A stretch of DNA of 64,000 nucleotides from Rhizophagus irregularis (taxonomy: Eukaryota), in assembly GCF_026210795.1 (NCBI RefSeq), contig NC_089434.1:5084001-5148000 (forward strand). Direction: 5' to 3'. The notes below the pieces were generated by a model. The model had not been told where the DNA came from and searched no databases. It was given only the letters and a program-made list of their open reading frames with translations. Below are positions 13,177 to 27,166 of the stretch, piece by piece. The position numbers and the translations under genes were made by a program. How positions within the stretch are numbered: position 1 is the first letter of the stretch; each line of letters begins with the position of its first letter.

Positions 13177-16100
13177 TATCAAGAATTAGACAATAAATAT
13201 TATTATTATAAATATTGATTTTTTTTACGATAAAATCTCAATCAAGGACACAAAAAATGACTGTTTAAATAACAAAATCATTACGGTTTATCTATACAGT
13301 TTATTTTAAACGGAATATTATTGTATTTTTTTAATCTTTTACTGAATCTTCATAACCTTAATAATAAAAGTCATTGAGTGAGTAAGCCTTGTATATAATT
13401 AGCATTTTGTTTCACTTTTTGTACCAACCTTGACTGAAATTTGATTGTACCATCTCGTTTTATATTGATTATCGTTTATATCGTGAAGAAACAATGAAAT
13501 AGCTGTTCAATGAATCATACAAATAAAAACAATAATATAACTTTAAAAAGAATAATTTATTGTAATATTTGACATTATCTAAGGAGATCGCGTTTTTAAT
13601 ATTTAATTTAATTTTAAGTTGGATCGGGTTTACGCACCCGTATGCGGCTGACAATTAATTTAGGAATAATACTTGTTTTTTTCTTGTTTCTTGTACAAAT
13701 GAGTATATTTGAATAATCTCTTTTTAGTAAATATTTTCTTGGAATAATTAATATTAATTAATTAATTAAAAATTTTTAAAAATAAAAAAGGCATTGTCCC
13801 TCAAAGTACCCACAACTTTTTAGTAGGATGATTCGAATAATTGTGTTTTCCATTTCCGGAGCATCAAAATCTAAAATGGTAAATCATTCAGTATCAGTAG
13901 AAATCTTTGATTTCAATATTCTAAATACCGAATCTTTTGAAAATTCGACATGTAACGCGTTTCTTGTTTTTTTCATCTCTATTACATAGTATTACAAGTA
14001 TTACACCATTTTTCTTTTAACTCTCCAATTTTTTAAATTTAGTTTGTTTCTTTTTGTTGGCCAAAAAAAGTTTAAAATAAAAATGGTCTAAATTATTCTA
14101 ATTATATAAAGTAAGAATCCAAATTTCTCATTCTACATGAACTTGGTGCTTCTACTAAAAAAATCGTCCAATGATGTTACTTGATTTTTATGCAAAGAGA
14201 GATTGAGCAAATATTGGGGAAATTTGTGTTCATGTTGATCGAGTCTAACTGCTGGTAAGGTTTTTTGATCACGTGCAACCAATCATGTTCTTTATGAATC
14301 GTGTACACGTTCCCCACCCCTTAAAAATTTTAGTTATACCCTTTATATTGTTTTAGTAGTTAAATACCATAAATGGAATTCAAAATGTAGATTTTACGTT
14401 ATAAAAATATATATTATATATATTATAATTTTTTAGAATCCTTTCACAAATATAATAATATATACTATGAAAGCGCTAATTAAATATTAAAGCTCATTTG
14501 TTAAAATTATTAAAAATTGAAGTTCGTTCAACTAAATATTAAGGGGGTGATCTGCTGTATGAAGTAATAAGAAAATTATATGAATTTTATTTATTAGATT
14601 TTATTGGTTCTCATCGCAAGGTATATTGACCTTTGTGAAACTTAATATGATTACAGTAACTCCTAAAAATAATATGGTACCTTCGAGAAAAAGAAAATGA
14701 TTTCTACAGTAAACAAAAAAAAAAAAAAAAAAAAAAATATCTACGAAATATTTTAAATATTTGGATATTACTGAAAAAAAAAATTATTATTATTAGCAAT
14801 ATAAAAAGGCTGTGCATATAATTGAGCCTCATATTGATTTAAATATGGAAGCACAATATAAATACTTTACATTAACATAGAAAATAAAGAACTTTATTCA
14901 ATATACGAGGGCATTTATAAAAAATAACCTGTTATTTCTTAAAACCGTCAATGATGATAAGCCATGATAAGATGGTTTATCCTGATGATTTTATTTCATT
15001 ATTAGGGCTTGGACTTATCATATTAACATTTGACGGTGAGATTTTTGTAGAAGAACCAAAAATCTTTAATTAAATAAATCTTATAAAAATTTGTTACAAG
15101 AACGCTCTTTATTAATCAAAAAACAAAATAATTATTTTAAATGCTATTGATATCAAATAAAATCAAGCTTACAAGATTAGGCTAGGTTAATCAATCCATC
15201 AGAATTTTATTTGTTACATCAATAAGCCTTAATCAATGAACTTAATCAATGAAACATATGAAATTTTACACCAATAACACCAATAAGCCATATGACAGTA
15301 GCACTTGACCTAGTAAACAAATAAACAATGGTATTGTTTCCAGTTATAGTAATAACATATATGTATAAGATCTTTTATTATTAAAAGAAACAAAAATTCA
15401 GAAATATTTGCACTTCAGATATCCGACGTGAACATTCTTCAATTTGCATGTTATATTTTTCAATACAGAAAAAAAAATATTTAATTTCAAATAATAAGAT
15501 TTTTTTTTTTTTTCATCTTGTTCTACATTTACGGCAAAACTGATTGATAAAAATTCCTGGTTCCGGATGCAACGAAACCGTGTAGGTATACTATTATAAG
15601 ACTAGCCATTTTATTCATGGGCGGATACATATCCGTTGTCCATAAACAAATAGGATCTTCGAAAGTGGTGCTTTTCAACCTGTAAAGGGAATAAAGATAG
15701 GGAATACACTACATTTTCATCCGTTATCAAATGTTTTGCAGAAAAATACGGAATTGTTTTCATAATCATTCCTATATCAGACGCTTTGCCACATAAAAAT
15801 ATTAAAGCCAAGCCACAGTTACAAAATTGCTCAGACGCAACATCCGACGACAATTATTACTTTATTTACGTCAAGGTTTGGTTACTTTAAAAGTAATTTT
15901 TGTGGCAGCAATTTATTTGGACAATATTAAGTTAGTATTTATATTTCAGTGGCTTATTGTTCCAATGGCTTATTATAATTATTAAAATTTTTTTTATAAC
16001 TACTTTCAGAAATTAATCGGTTAAATTAATTCCGTTAAAAATGAACATTTCTGATTTACAATGATAACTTAAAATTGACCCTATGGCTTGATTTTTTTTT

Positions 16101-16899
16101 TTAGATATATAACGACAATATGCATCCATCCATTTTAATTCTCACGGAAGACCGTTCGTGATTTCATCCTCCTAAATTTTTATATAAGAAATTTTTCAGA
16201 AGCACTTTTTTCACAAAAGTTACCTAGCATTTATTCAAGATTTTTTATGTTTTTCTATTTACTCCCTTAAAATATTTAGTGCGATATTTTTTTCTTTACA
16301 AAATATGAAAGAAAAACTTTTAACAACAAGTACTCAACACCGAAACGTCCTTAAAAAAGGATATAAAATAATTAATCATTTCAAAGAATCAAATATGATT
16401 TATTTTAACAATGAAAAGGACTATTGAAGGCAATTTATGATTCTGCAATGACTGAAGTATTTGGAAATGGAATACAAATCAAGGACTAAGACAAACTTAT
16501 CAGTAAAGAAGACTTCATTACCAGGCTGAGAAGTCAAAGGGCAACTGTAAAAACCAGTAATCCTTCTTTTGCAAAATGATGAACAACATTTAGATTTCAT
16601 ATATTTTCATTTAGAATTTATAAATAAGAATTTTAATGCATCTCTTTTGGTAATCTCAGAAATAAGAACAGTTCACAACAAATTTATCTGAATTAAATGA
16701 ATTAGTTGAATTATATGAATTATATGAATTAGATGAAAGCATTACTTTTATTATTAGATAATAATTAATGTATTAAAATAGAATTGGTGATGACAAAGGA
16801 GATAGATAATTATATTGGACATAAATAAATTCTTTGAACAAGAAGGAACAAGAAGAAAAATGAGAAATGAGATAAACTAAAAGAAATAGTTGCGACCAT

Positions 16900-18212
16900 A
16901 TGAATCATATATTTTAGAACTATAGTCGATTATTGGTGGAAATTGAAAATGGATTTTCCCATAATAATGGTAGTCCCACATCGGCCGTTTTAATATTAGT
17001 TTCATAAATAAATTTAATTGTTTTTCAAAAAAAACTCGTTTAAATTCATCTAGATAGAACTTTTTTGAACTATTCTCAGTAGAGGATTTGGCCGAAAGCG
17101 TTAGTTACAACATTACGGCTTAAGTTCCTTCACATCAACCACATCCATCTTCTTAAAATATCACCATCGCAACAATCTTTCAATTGGAATACTATTAAGG
17201 GAAACCTTCGTAGAGTTAAATATCTCTTCTTGAAAATAATCGGAAATTTGTGGATGAACACTGTGTTGACGACGAAGAATCTTCATCGTATATTATCGTT
17301 GACGATGAAGAATCTTCATCGTATATATCGTTGACGATGAAGAATCTTCATCTGTTTAATATCCATCGTCTCATCTCAAAACATATCATCGCGATTATCT
17401 CAAAATGTCCTGTTCTTTTATTTATTATTCGTAGATGAAAATAAGGTAACATGCATTCTGGATTTTCATCTTCAAAGGCCATCCAAATCATCAAATAATC
17501 AACAGTGGCTAAAGTAGTATAAAGTTTTAGACCATTAATTGGTTCTTCATAAATAAATGATATATCTTGGTCTTGGAGAGATACATTTTGAGATGCAAAC
17601 CAATTTAATTACACTCTTCCCGCGGAAGCAGTTTGCCCCATTAATATTGGCCTTTTATCTTTAACTGATAATTATATAATGCTGTTTTATGTCCACGATG
17701 GCCAGATGTAAATCCGGTTGAAACGAACTTGTTAAAGCTTCAATTGGAATATTACTAAAGGAAGCGCCTTCGTAGAGTCAAATACGACTTCTTGAAAATA
17801 ATAGGAAATTTGTGGAAGACGATCGAGATGTGAGAATTGCCGATGATGAAGAATTCTTCGTCAAATTGTTGAACTGCTGCTGACGATAAAGAATTTTATT
17901 TAAATTTGGAGCAGATAATTTGCAGACAATATTCTTGTAGTTGAATTTGTTGACGATAAAGAATTCTTCATCAACTTGTTGAATTTTTGACGATGAAGAA
18001 TGGTTGTTTAAATTCGGATAATTTGTAAACAATATTCTTGTACCATGTACAGTATTGCACTTGTTCAAATTTTGAATTGTTGACGATGAAGAATCTTTAT
18101 CGAGACTAGAAATCCACGATAGTCTCTTCATAATAATAACATATAATAAAATAAATTGTTTTTCAAATATTGGGTATAGTAAAAGTAGCCAAAGCTTATT
18201 TTTTGATTTCAT
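16900..18212 (-). pseudogene. Degenerate gene with internal duplication and D-S-S-S-S-T repeats, function unknown
   Basis: An ~75-bp block is duplicated (17178-17252 vs 17739-17816). Repeated gttgacgatgaagaatctt units encode DSSSST on the minus strand. ORF 17778-18212 has a hydrophobic N-terminus; downstream frames are broken. Confidence 0.35.
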
Positions 18213-19689
18213 TTTTCAAAATGTCAATAAAGTTTTAATATACTAAAGATATTTACGATTTTTATTTCTTGCTTCAATATTTACGTGAACTCTTTATATA
18301 TATATTTTTATCATCATTCGTTTGATGCATCGCATATTAATTGGTATAATTGATTCCTAAAAAAAATTTTAATTGTATCCAAAAACGGTTAAATTTAATA
18401 CAGGAGTGCAGGTAATCAAATGTCAGAATATTATTTCATATTGTACCACAAATGTTTGAACGTATTATTTTTTAATTTTCGACGGAATATGTATGAAACA
18501 TTTGATTATTTTAATAGTAAGACAATAGTAAATTAATTCTCAATTTAAAACGTGTAAAAGCTCAATGTGGATAATTAGAAACATTTATCCGTAATTCCGT
18601 ATTTCCGAAAGAAATAATAATAGAAAAATGGGAGCGTTTTAAACTTGGATAATGATAATAAAATTTTTAATATTGTATCTATTATTTCATGCTACGACTG
18701 TTACGTAATACATATTGCCATTAAAAATGATTTATTTGTGATTTGTTTGTATTTGTATAAAATTAAAATAATTTATGCGTTATCAAGATTGAATCTTTGC
18801 TTATTACACTAAAATATAATTATTGACATTCAGAAAATATAGATGAATTTCTAAAAATTAAGTAATAGAATTTCTGAAAAAGAAAAACAAATGAATTTTA
18901 ACAAAATGGAATGATATTATCATGAAACACTAAAAGAACTTGCGTTCCACAGATGACAATGGCGAAGCAAGCATTTATAAATCCTTTTTTAGCTTAGAAT
19001 GAAAGTTTAATTCATTTCGGTATCGGATTTAACATTTCGGTAAATCCGATCGCCAAATTCTAATTTTTTTTTTTTCAAATAATTTACATATGGATTTTAA
19101 TAAATATTAATACTACATAAGAATTAAAGTCTATATTTAATATATTTTTTAAATATTGTTCTTAATAAACAAACAATCAATTTTATTAATTATGATTAAT
19201 AAGTTCAAATATATTTTAATTATAAAATCGTAGCGCGTCCCTAATTGTGTTACATACCGTTGTTCCCAAATTTGTAAATCATCTACTCTAATTGTTTCAA
19301 ATTGTGCTATTGAATCCAAATTTGAATTTCAATCCGATTTTTGTAACGATTTATTTTTAGTCGCGTAACAAATATAATAATTTGATCTTTTTAATAAATC
19401 TGGTCCAATCAAATCACAATGAAATTCCACCAGTATCATTAATATATTCCGGAGCAGAATCCGATTTACTATATTGCTAAAATTCTTGCGATTTTAAAGA
19501 TTAAATAATAATAATTAACAATTAACAGTTAAAAAATTTAAAAGCGAATATCAAAAGAAATTTAGATCGTAACCGATGAAGTTCACTTCGATAATCGATT
19601 TGTATATTATCATTAAATTAAAAAAAAAATTTCGTATATGTTAAACCTAATTCTCTAACAATGTTTTCTGTTTCATTAATGTCATTAAC

Positions 19690-19790
19690 CACTCTTTTGT
19701 CAGCCAAATAATGTTTCATTGTTCCAGTCACTCTTTTGTCAGCCAAATAATGTTTCATTGCTCCAATCAGTCTTTTGTCAGCCAAAATAA
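19690..19790. repeat. 39-bp tandem repeat, ~2.5 copies
   Basis: actcttttgtcagccaaataatgtttcattg(t/c)tcca(g/a)tc repeated. Confidence 0.85.
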
Positions 19791-20931
19791 TTAAAAAAAG
19801 GTACATACAAATATTGTTCTATCAAGTTTACAATTGAAACAAATATATTTACGTTGAAACTTTACTTTTTTTAAATATTTCACAAATCATTTGATAAAAA
19901 TATGGAAAAGAAAACATTTTAATATTACACTAATTCGAGAAACATCTATAAAATGACAATGATTTGAAGTTTTTTACTTAAATTTATTTTTATCAGACAA
20001 TTAAAATATTAAAAAATATCTTTATTTCTCACAAATATCAAATAATCATTATCCTTATACAGTATAACAACAATTTTTCATTAATACTGTCAAAAATGAA
20101 TATTTTTATAATAACAATCACTATGCACGTTGATTCATTCTCCTTGAATGGACATATTGAAATCACTAACATACAAATGCCTGAATCTTTAAAATTAAAG
20201 AGTCCCGCCAGTAAAAATCTAGTCCTTTATACTACTAAATTGTATTGCAAAGGTCATTCAATTGTAATAAAGAAAATTCTAATACTTAGTTACAATTGTG
20301 AAGAAAAGAAGCAGATACGATTTATTCGATTTTAAAATGATGTCCACTAGCATACAAGGAGGAACCATGGGATCGGCAGGTCACCCTTAAATATACCCTT
20401 GGTCTATATTTTACATATGACAGTATTTACAAATGGCATTTAAATACGGCTACTTAGGCGGGTTTATATTATAGAAATGGTTTTAATTTAGTTTATTTTT
20501 TTTATTTTTGTTATTTTTCTTTTTCAATTTTGATTTGCTTACAATAATTATATGTATACTGGTAAAATAAAAATAAAAATATACCCGTTTTACATGTCAC
20601 ATGATTTTTATGTTATATATGTATCGTCCATATATTTATTATTTACATAATTGTTGAATGAGATTAATGAGATTGTTGTCACATTAATAATTTTTCTATA
20701 TAAAAATATTCCGGATGTCTAATAAATAAGATGTAAAATTCAAATTATTTGAATAACTAATCCAAATTATTTTTTCAAAAATTACACAACACGAACAGGA
20801 TTATCTATGCTCTTACATTCTTATATTTATAATAACTAAAATTATATTGTTAATTTCATTTTCCAATAGTTTTTACTTTGTACCTAGAATTCTTAACTTC
20901 TCTTTCGATTGAAAGTTGCGCCATACCTTTA

Positions 20932-21054
20932 GTTCAAACTGGTGTAATATGAGTAAAAAAATTCATGTAGTCGTTCAAACTGGTGTAATGTGAGTAAAAA
21001 AATTCATATAGTCGTTCAAACTGGTGTAATATGAGTAAAAAAATTCATGTAGTC
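20932..21054. repeat. 41-bp tandem repeat, 3 copies
   Basis: gttcaaactggtgtaat(a/g)tgagtaaaaaaattcat(g/a)tagtc x3. Confidence 0.9.
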
Positions 21055-21653
21055 TTGCATTGGTATTCTTGGAAATTTACCCCTTCTTGAAATTAAATTT
21101 CATATAATACTTTTTCTACTTTTTGCAACTTGTTACATAACATGCGATCTAATTTTGTTGTTTTAGGAACGTTTTCAACTTTCACAGGATGTCCCCTGTT
21201 GTATATTATAATCTTTATTGCTTCCCTTCTACCGCTATTGTATCGAATGTATAAAAGTTACAGCAGCAAATTCGCGTTTACTAATATAGTAAATTATATC
21301 TTTTATACATTGTTACTTATGTTAACCCCAAAAAGCCGGTACGTCAAAAAACGGTTAAAACCGCAAGATTACCGCCTTGAAAATGAAAAAGGGATAGACG
21401 AGGAAAAAGGAATAGACGAGGGGGAGGGGGAGGGAAAGTGAAAGAATTGATCTGAAATATCAGATAGTTTGAGTTTATGACAAAAAGGGCAAAAGAGGAA
21501 CACTCAACCATTCATTTTCCAATATTAATCTCCAAATGTTGTGGATTTATTAAACTTGAAAATGAAGTTTGTAGCATAATTTTTCTAACTTATCACGAGA
21601 ACCAATCTCCTGTAATCCAACTGATCCATGCATTCTTTTGTGTATGTCTAATA

Positions 21654-21993
21654 ACACACGGTTGCTAATTCTCTTACGAACGCAGAAACAACCACTGATA
21701 ATTAATCGGACACACGGTTGCTAGTTTTCTAACAAACGAAGAACCAACAAGTCAGATTCGGATACACGGTTGCTAGTTCTCTTACGAACGCAGAAACAAC
21801 CACTGATAATTAATCGGTCACACAGTTGCAAGTTTTCTAACAAACGAAGAGCCAACAAGTCACACGGTTGCTAGTTCTCTTACGAACGCAGAAACAACCA
21901 CTGATAATCAGTCAGACACACGGTTGCTACTTCTCTAACAAACGAGAACCAACAATGGAAAATCAGTCAGATTCGGACACACAGTTGCTAGTT
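21654..21993. repeat. Alternating A/B tandem repeat with shared core cacggttgctagtt (7 cores)
   Basis: The core is followed alternately by ctcttacgaacgcagaaacaaccactgataat (A) or ttctaacaaacgaagaaccaacaa (B). Confidence 0.85.
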
Positions 21994-22084
21994 AATTTTT
22001 CTTAATTTTCCACATTAGGAAATGTTGTTATGACCCGCTTTATTACCAAGAGTTTAACCAGTGCATTAGGAGCTGGGGAACAAT

Positions 22085-22235
22085 ATGCAGAATGTCAATA
22101 ACGCTTTGAACAATCTCAATGCAACTGTAGCAGCGAATAATAATGCGATTCTCAACTAAGCTACTGTACTGACATTTTATGGCGGAAATCAAGATCCGAT
22201 TATGTGGATGAATGAGTTCAATAACGCATTTGCAA
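22085..22235 (+). mobile_element. Ty3/gypsy-like gag (capsid N-terminal) remnant
   Basis: Translates MQNVNNALNNLNATVAANNNAILN*ATVLTFYGGNQDPIMWMNEFNNAFA. The F.G..QDP..W..EF pattern is typical of retrotransposon gag. Internal stop; truncated. Confidence 0.6.
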
Positions 22236-22239
22236 AGTT

Positions 22240-23560
22240 GCTATATAATATCCTTAGCTATTTATTTTCAGCTCTACAACATGATGGACGGATTCTGACG
22301 AGTGAAGGTCATCATCTTGTCTACCTGCCTTTTATTCAATTTCTTCATATGTTGTTATTCTGTATTTCTAATAAGTTATATTCTAAAATATTAATAAACT
22401 TTTAATTTAAATTTCTGATCTTCCCCACTAATCAGAGAGTCAAGATTATTTTCAATGATTTCGGAAGAAAAATAACATCTGGTATGAAAACTTCCATTAA
22501 GAACACTCAAAAATCTGTCCTGTTCATATTCCTTGCTAAATAATAACCTTCCCATATTTTTGGTTACTTTTTAACACTCATCCTCTTCTCGCTCAGATCT
22601 ATATACAATTAAAGATACATCATCTCATATTAATTCCTCACCGGAGTGGTAAAATAATGTCGGAACCAATCTTAAGCTAATGATCTGTCACGTTGTTATA
22701 TCTTTACCCTTTTCTTTGGCACACTGTTGCACCAGATGTTTCTAATTCATTTATTTAATTGCTCTAAGGGCTTTGTTTGTTTCATGACTTTAGGTTCGAA
22801 GTATTTGTAATTGATATTTCATCTATCATCTAGGAGATCTTAATTCCTGAGAGAACTGCTTCCTTTCTTAGCGCGTATGAATGTTTACTTTCTCTTTCAT
22901 TCATTTGGTAACCCTGTGACTTTACATTTTTCCTATGTAAATGGTAACGCTACATGCAATTGTAGAAAATTTTCAAGTTAAAGGCAATCGGCGCTTTTGC
23001 AACCGCATATTCTGCTAGATCGTGTTTCTAGTACACCTTCTGACGTCAAGAATTCTACCAATCTTTTTTATTTGATGTCATAAATCGAAAAATCCTATGA
23101 ACGCAGATAAAGTTCAATAGTTTCGTTGGCTTTACCCTCCTTAAGCGCCATTACCATGTTCCTGAAGGTATTTTGTAACAATCTGGTGGATCATTGTAAA
23201 AATAACTGCATCAGTACCCAAGAAAAAAAACAAACCATGTTTATTAATAAATTACATTTTTTAAAAATAAGTAAATGGATAAATAAATTAAATATAATAA
23301 TATACCATCATTTTTTAAATGTTGGTGCCATTTCTTACCAAGCGATGCGGTGGCAGACTTTAAAATACCATCCATTTTTTTTTTAAAAAAAACTCATATT
23401 ATCATGAACTCCAATATAAACGTGAAGCAGACCATCCATAAACGTGTCTAAAGCCTGTGTAGTTGTACTTACTCTATTATTGCTTTTAGCGCTTCATATT
23501 CTCTATTGCCTCCTTTGAAGTTTCTGAGAAAGTACGCATCGTAATTAAGCGTTCTTAAGG
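22240..23560 (-). pseudogene. Decayed coding-like sequence, family not recognised
   Basis: Higher GC than flanks, fragmentary minus-strand frames (e.g. YKYFEPKVMKQTKPLEQLN, MGRLLFSKEYEQDRFLSVLNGSFH) and a donor-like GTAAG near 23337. Confidence 0.3.
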
Positions 23561-24784
23561 TTTTGCATTTTCTTTGATATGTTATGAATTATTTCCCTCC
23601 TCCTTTTCTATATATAGCCTTTAATAGTTTTGATGCGTTTTTGGTATGTGAATTAAATATCGAAGGGTAAAGAATGGAGTGATGAAAGTAAAGGAAGGAG
23701 TAGAAAAAAAAGGTAAAGGGGGCAAAGAAAGAAGAGGTAAATTTGACCTATTCCTACTTTCTTAAAATAACAAATGGGCTTATCTGATATAAATGGAATC
23801 TGGTTAAAAGTAAACATTCACACAGTAAAAGTATACAAAGAATTAGTTGTGGTTGGGCCTTGACAATATTACCATCGAAATCATAGCATATCTATCAGAA
23901 AGCTGCTATCATATGTATCTATGCATAGTACTGCATCTGAAATAAAGGGTTGTTCTTTTTTCCTAGCATCATTTGCGGAAGCTCCCAGTATAGGCCATCT
24001 TCTAAGATGAAATGGACTAAAAATTGGAAATTACATACAATAAGGTCTTAAAGTAGGGTTTAGATCCGTATATCCAAGTTATTCATAGAAATGTATCCAA
24101 ATTCAATATCCGTAATCCATAGCACGGATAACACGTATTATCCAATTTCTAAAAGCAAAATAAAAAAATATTAATTAGCATTAAAACTCCAAAGTGTTGA
24201 AGTAAAGTTTTAAAAAATCCCGTACATGAAAATACAATATGTTTTAAATGTCAAATTTGACCTCCAAGAATTTACTTTTTTTATTTTTATTTTTCTTGCG
24301 TTTTCGTAAATTATAAAAAATTTTTTTTTACTTACTAGGTACGTAGATTAAAAGATTATCCACGGATCGATCATCCACTATACAGAAAATAATGCGATGA
24401 CTATATCAAAGGTCCGATCATACAATTACTGTATACTTTCCTTTAAATTAAGCCTTTCTTCTGATCTACCTTGTCCATTCTTAAAGATATTAGTTTAATT
24501 CTTGAAATTCATGCTTCATACAATCTACTACAAGCATTAAAGAAACCACTATTTTTGTCAGTATCGCTGTTTTCAAGGAATAAAGTACTGAAGTAAAAGA
24601 AGGGAACAAATTTTTATCAAGAGAAAGTTTCTTCCAAATCATCTCCTGAGATCTCGAGATCTTCCATAGTTTAGAGATCAATCCGAAAATTTTAAACTCT
24701 GGTTCGTATTTTTAAGACCACTCCCGTTTTAGTATTATTGTTCAAACTTCAACTACAAGCGGAATCTTTGAACACCTCAGCAAA

Positions 24785-24945
24785 CCAAGCATTCGACAAG
24801 AAACAATTGGAAACTGAATCCGGTTATATGGGGAATTCAGGATAGACCTTTTCGCGAACCGCCTGAACGCTCAGCTTCTGAAATATTTTGCATGGAAGCC
24901 AGACTCTACGATCATTGACATGATATAATGCATTGGAAAGGATAT
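24785..24945 (+). mobile_element. DIRS-type retrotransposon methyltransferase-like domain remnant
   Basis: RNNWKLNP...(WG)..IDLFANRLNAQLLKYFAWKPD matches the W.L.P...DLFAS..N.QL..Y.SW.PDP signature that follows RNase H in DIRS1 pol. Confidence 0.72.
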
Positions 24946-26394
24946 CCCTGCATTTGATGTGGAAGAGTGTCTTGGCCGTAGTTATATTAATCAATATTTG
25001 AATTATAATATTCGATCACACTCGAAAAATATTAAAAAAAAAAATTCGATTTATTATTTTAAATTAAATTTAGCCAGAAATTCAAAGAATTGAATTGTAT
25101 CTATGTAAGCAAAATTCTTTTTTTTTTTTCAAAGAAAACCATTTTTTAAAAACTCCAAATCAGCAACTAAGTAAAAATCGGTTTATTACAGTATTATATT
25201 AAGTGAAGGATTCTACAAATATGCAACAATAATTTAGGTGGCTATTTCATCACAAAATTTTCAACACAAATTTTATAGCGTAATTTTAGCGCCTTAATTG
25301 GTTTTGATGGTTGATCAAATTGTTATATCACCATTCAATCATTTCTTCGATCTTGACAACCCTGGCTTTGTTGTAAAGGAAGGATCTTTTTGATATCGTT
25401 TTGAGATTTTCGTTTATTCTAAGAGGTTTGTTCGTGTCACGCGAGTATGAACAATCTGATATCAATATAGTCAATCTGGCCAATCTGATATGGTCTTGAT
25501 AAGAAATTGATTACTGTAGGCAAAATATTTTCGGTAATCTTAATGAAGAAGCGGTTAGGCAGTTGTATATGAAATGGTGAGAGATCCTTCGGTATATTTT
25601 ACAGAGTGCTCTAAATAGTAATGTTCAAATTAAGCTTCAAGGAACGGTTGACACTTGTGATGAGAAAATATTCCAATACATTGGCGGAAGTAATAGCAGA
25701 ACCGCAAATTCAATTAATAAAAAAAATTTAAAAATTCAATAAAGTATTGAATATGGAGTTGCATTAAGAATGGAATCAAAATTTCTTAATTGCCAAATCG
25801 GCACTATCGTGAAATTTGAATTTTGTATTTATCGCAATAGCGAATCTTAATATTACGTGAATCCCAACTTATTGGGTTCAAAAATTACATAATAAAGCTA
25901 AAAAATTAAAATTATAACTTAGGTTAGATCAATAATTTGTGTATAAATAAGGCTTAGCGTTAGAACACAAGATCTTTGCTACGTATATTTACTTTTAAAA
26001 AAATATGCAAGCTGACGAGGAAATAAAGATTTATTCATGAATGCACGGATTTTGTAATTATTTACTGACAAAATAGAGTAAAATTATTAAATCTTAGTAT
26101 AAAACGTGCAGCTTCAATATCACAAATTTCCTTTTCTCAATAATATAAAAAAAAAAATTCTTTTTTGATTGGAAAATTCTATTAATTTTATTACAACTTG
26201 TATGATAATATGTAAGAAAAAAAAACTGATATCCCCATTGCGTGAATAAAAAAGACGCGAATGTACAAAATTTGAGTACTGATTTTAAAATTCAAAATTG
26301 AATTCGAGGTCACCCAATGCACAAATTTGAATAACATGTAGTTTACATAGATCGAGAGGATGTTGCGCTAGACACGTCGCACAGACACATTCCA

Positions 26395-27125
26395 ACAGAC
26401 TATTATCAATTTTAAATTCTCGTAATTCTGCGAATATAACATCCGATCCGTCATCTTGAGGGAATATCTTCTTTCGCTGATTCATTATATCGAATAGTTG
26501 TCCTTGATACGCCTCATAAAATCCTATATATGACGCTAATTGATTAAACCTTCGGTCCTGTAATAATGTAAAAATCTCTTGACCTGCATAGATATAAAGA
26601 CCTAAAAAAAAAAAAGGAAATATCATCAAATTACTTAAATGTAGAATGTTTAGTTTTTATTTTCTTAATACTATACTTACCATGTCTCTGGTCAAGCATG
26701 AATGCCTTGCTACTTCCTAAAAACAAAATAAGAATAAAAAAATTCATCAATATATACCATACCATTGTATCATTTATTAATATAACGTAGTGCATTAATA
26801 CCTGTTCGTCCACTAATTAACAAAAAGAGAAAAGTTCTTGGTTAAGGAATTAAATATTCAATACGGATTTATAAAACGAATGAAAAGAATTAAAATTCAA
26901 AGGATACGATGCAAAACATGTTGCTTTTCCACCGTGGGTGACCAATGGTATAGCTGTTCGTTTATAAACCTAGCATATTTTACAAAAATAAATAAACACT
27001 CATATATTCTCATATAAAAACACTATCCTCTATTTTTACCTCTTCGTTGTTAGCATCAGCGTCAAAGACATCATTAAATACGTAAGTATGTTGCTCAACA
27101 TACTTGGAAAAGTCGACTTTATTTC
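26395..27125 (-). pseudogene. Kinesin-13 (KIF2/KIF24-like) motor-domain fragment, intron-containing
   Basis: Exons read NKVDFSKYVEQHTYVFNDVFDADANNEE | VYKRTAIPLV..GGKATCFA | GRT|GSSKAFMLDQRH | GLYIYAGQEIF..YIGFYEAYQGQLFDIMNQRKKIF. The KVD finger is kinesin-13-specific. The P-loop is degenerate (GRTGSSKA), and the N- and C-terminal parts are missing. Confidence 0.85.
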
Positions 27126-27166
27126 TAATTAATTAATAAAATTTATTAAGTCCGAAAGTAATTCAG

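Noticed and set aside
15611..15853. 80-aa ORF and surrounding coding-like relics (14600-16900)
   Set aside because: No recognisable domain, and adjacent frames are broken; no product call can be supported.
21131..21440. Possible LTR starting TGTTAC upstream of the gag remnant
   Set aside because: No second LTR copy, TSD or clear primer-binding site found in the window.
21654..21993. Second CRISPR-like array
   Set aside because: The intervening sequences are just two alternating repeated units, not unique spacers.
26340..26392. Possible Helitron 3' hairpin/CTAG after the kinesin fragment
   Set aside because: The stem is weak, and the CTAG lies within rather than downstream of it.
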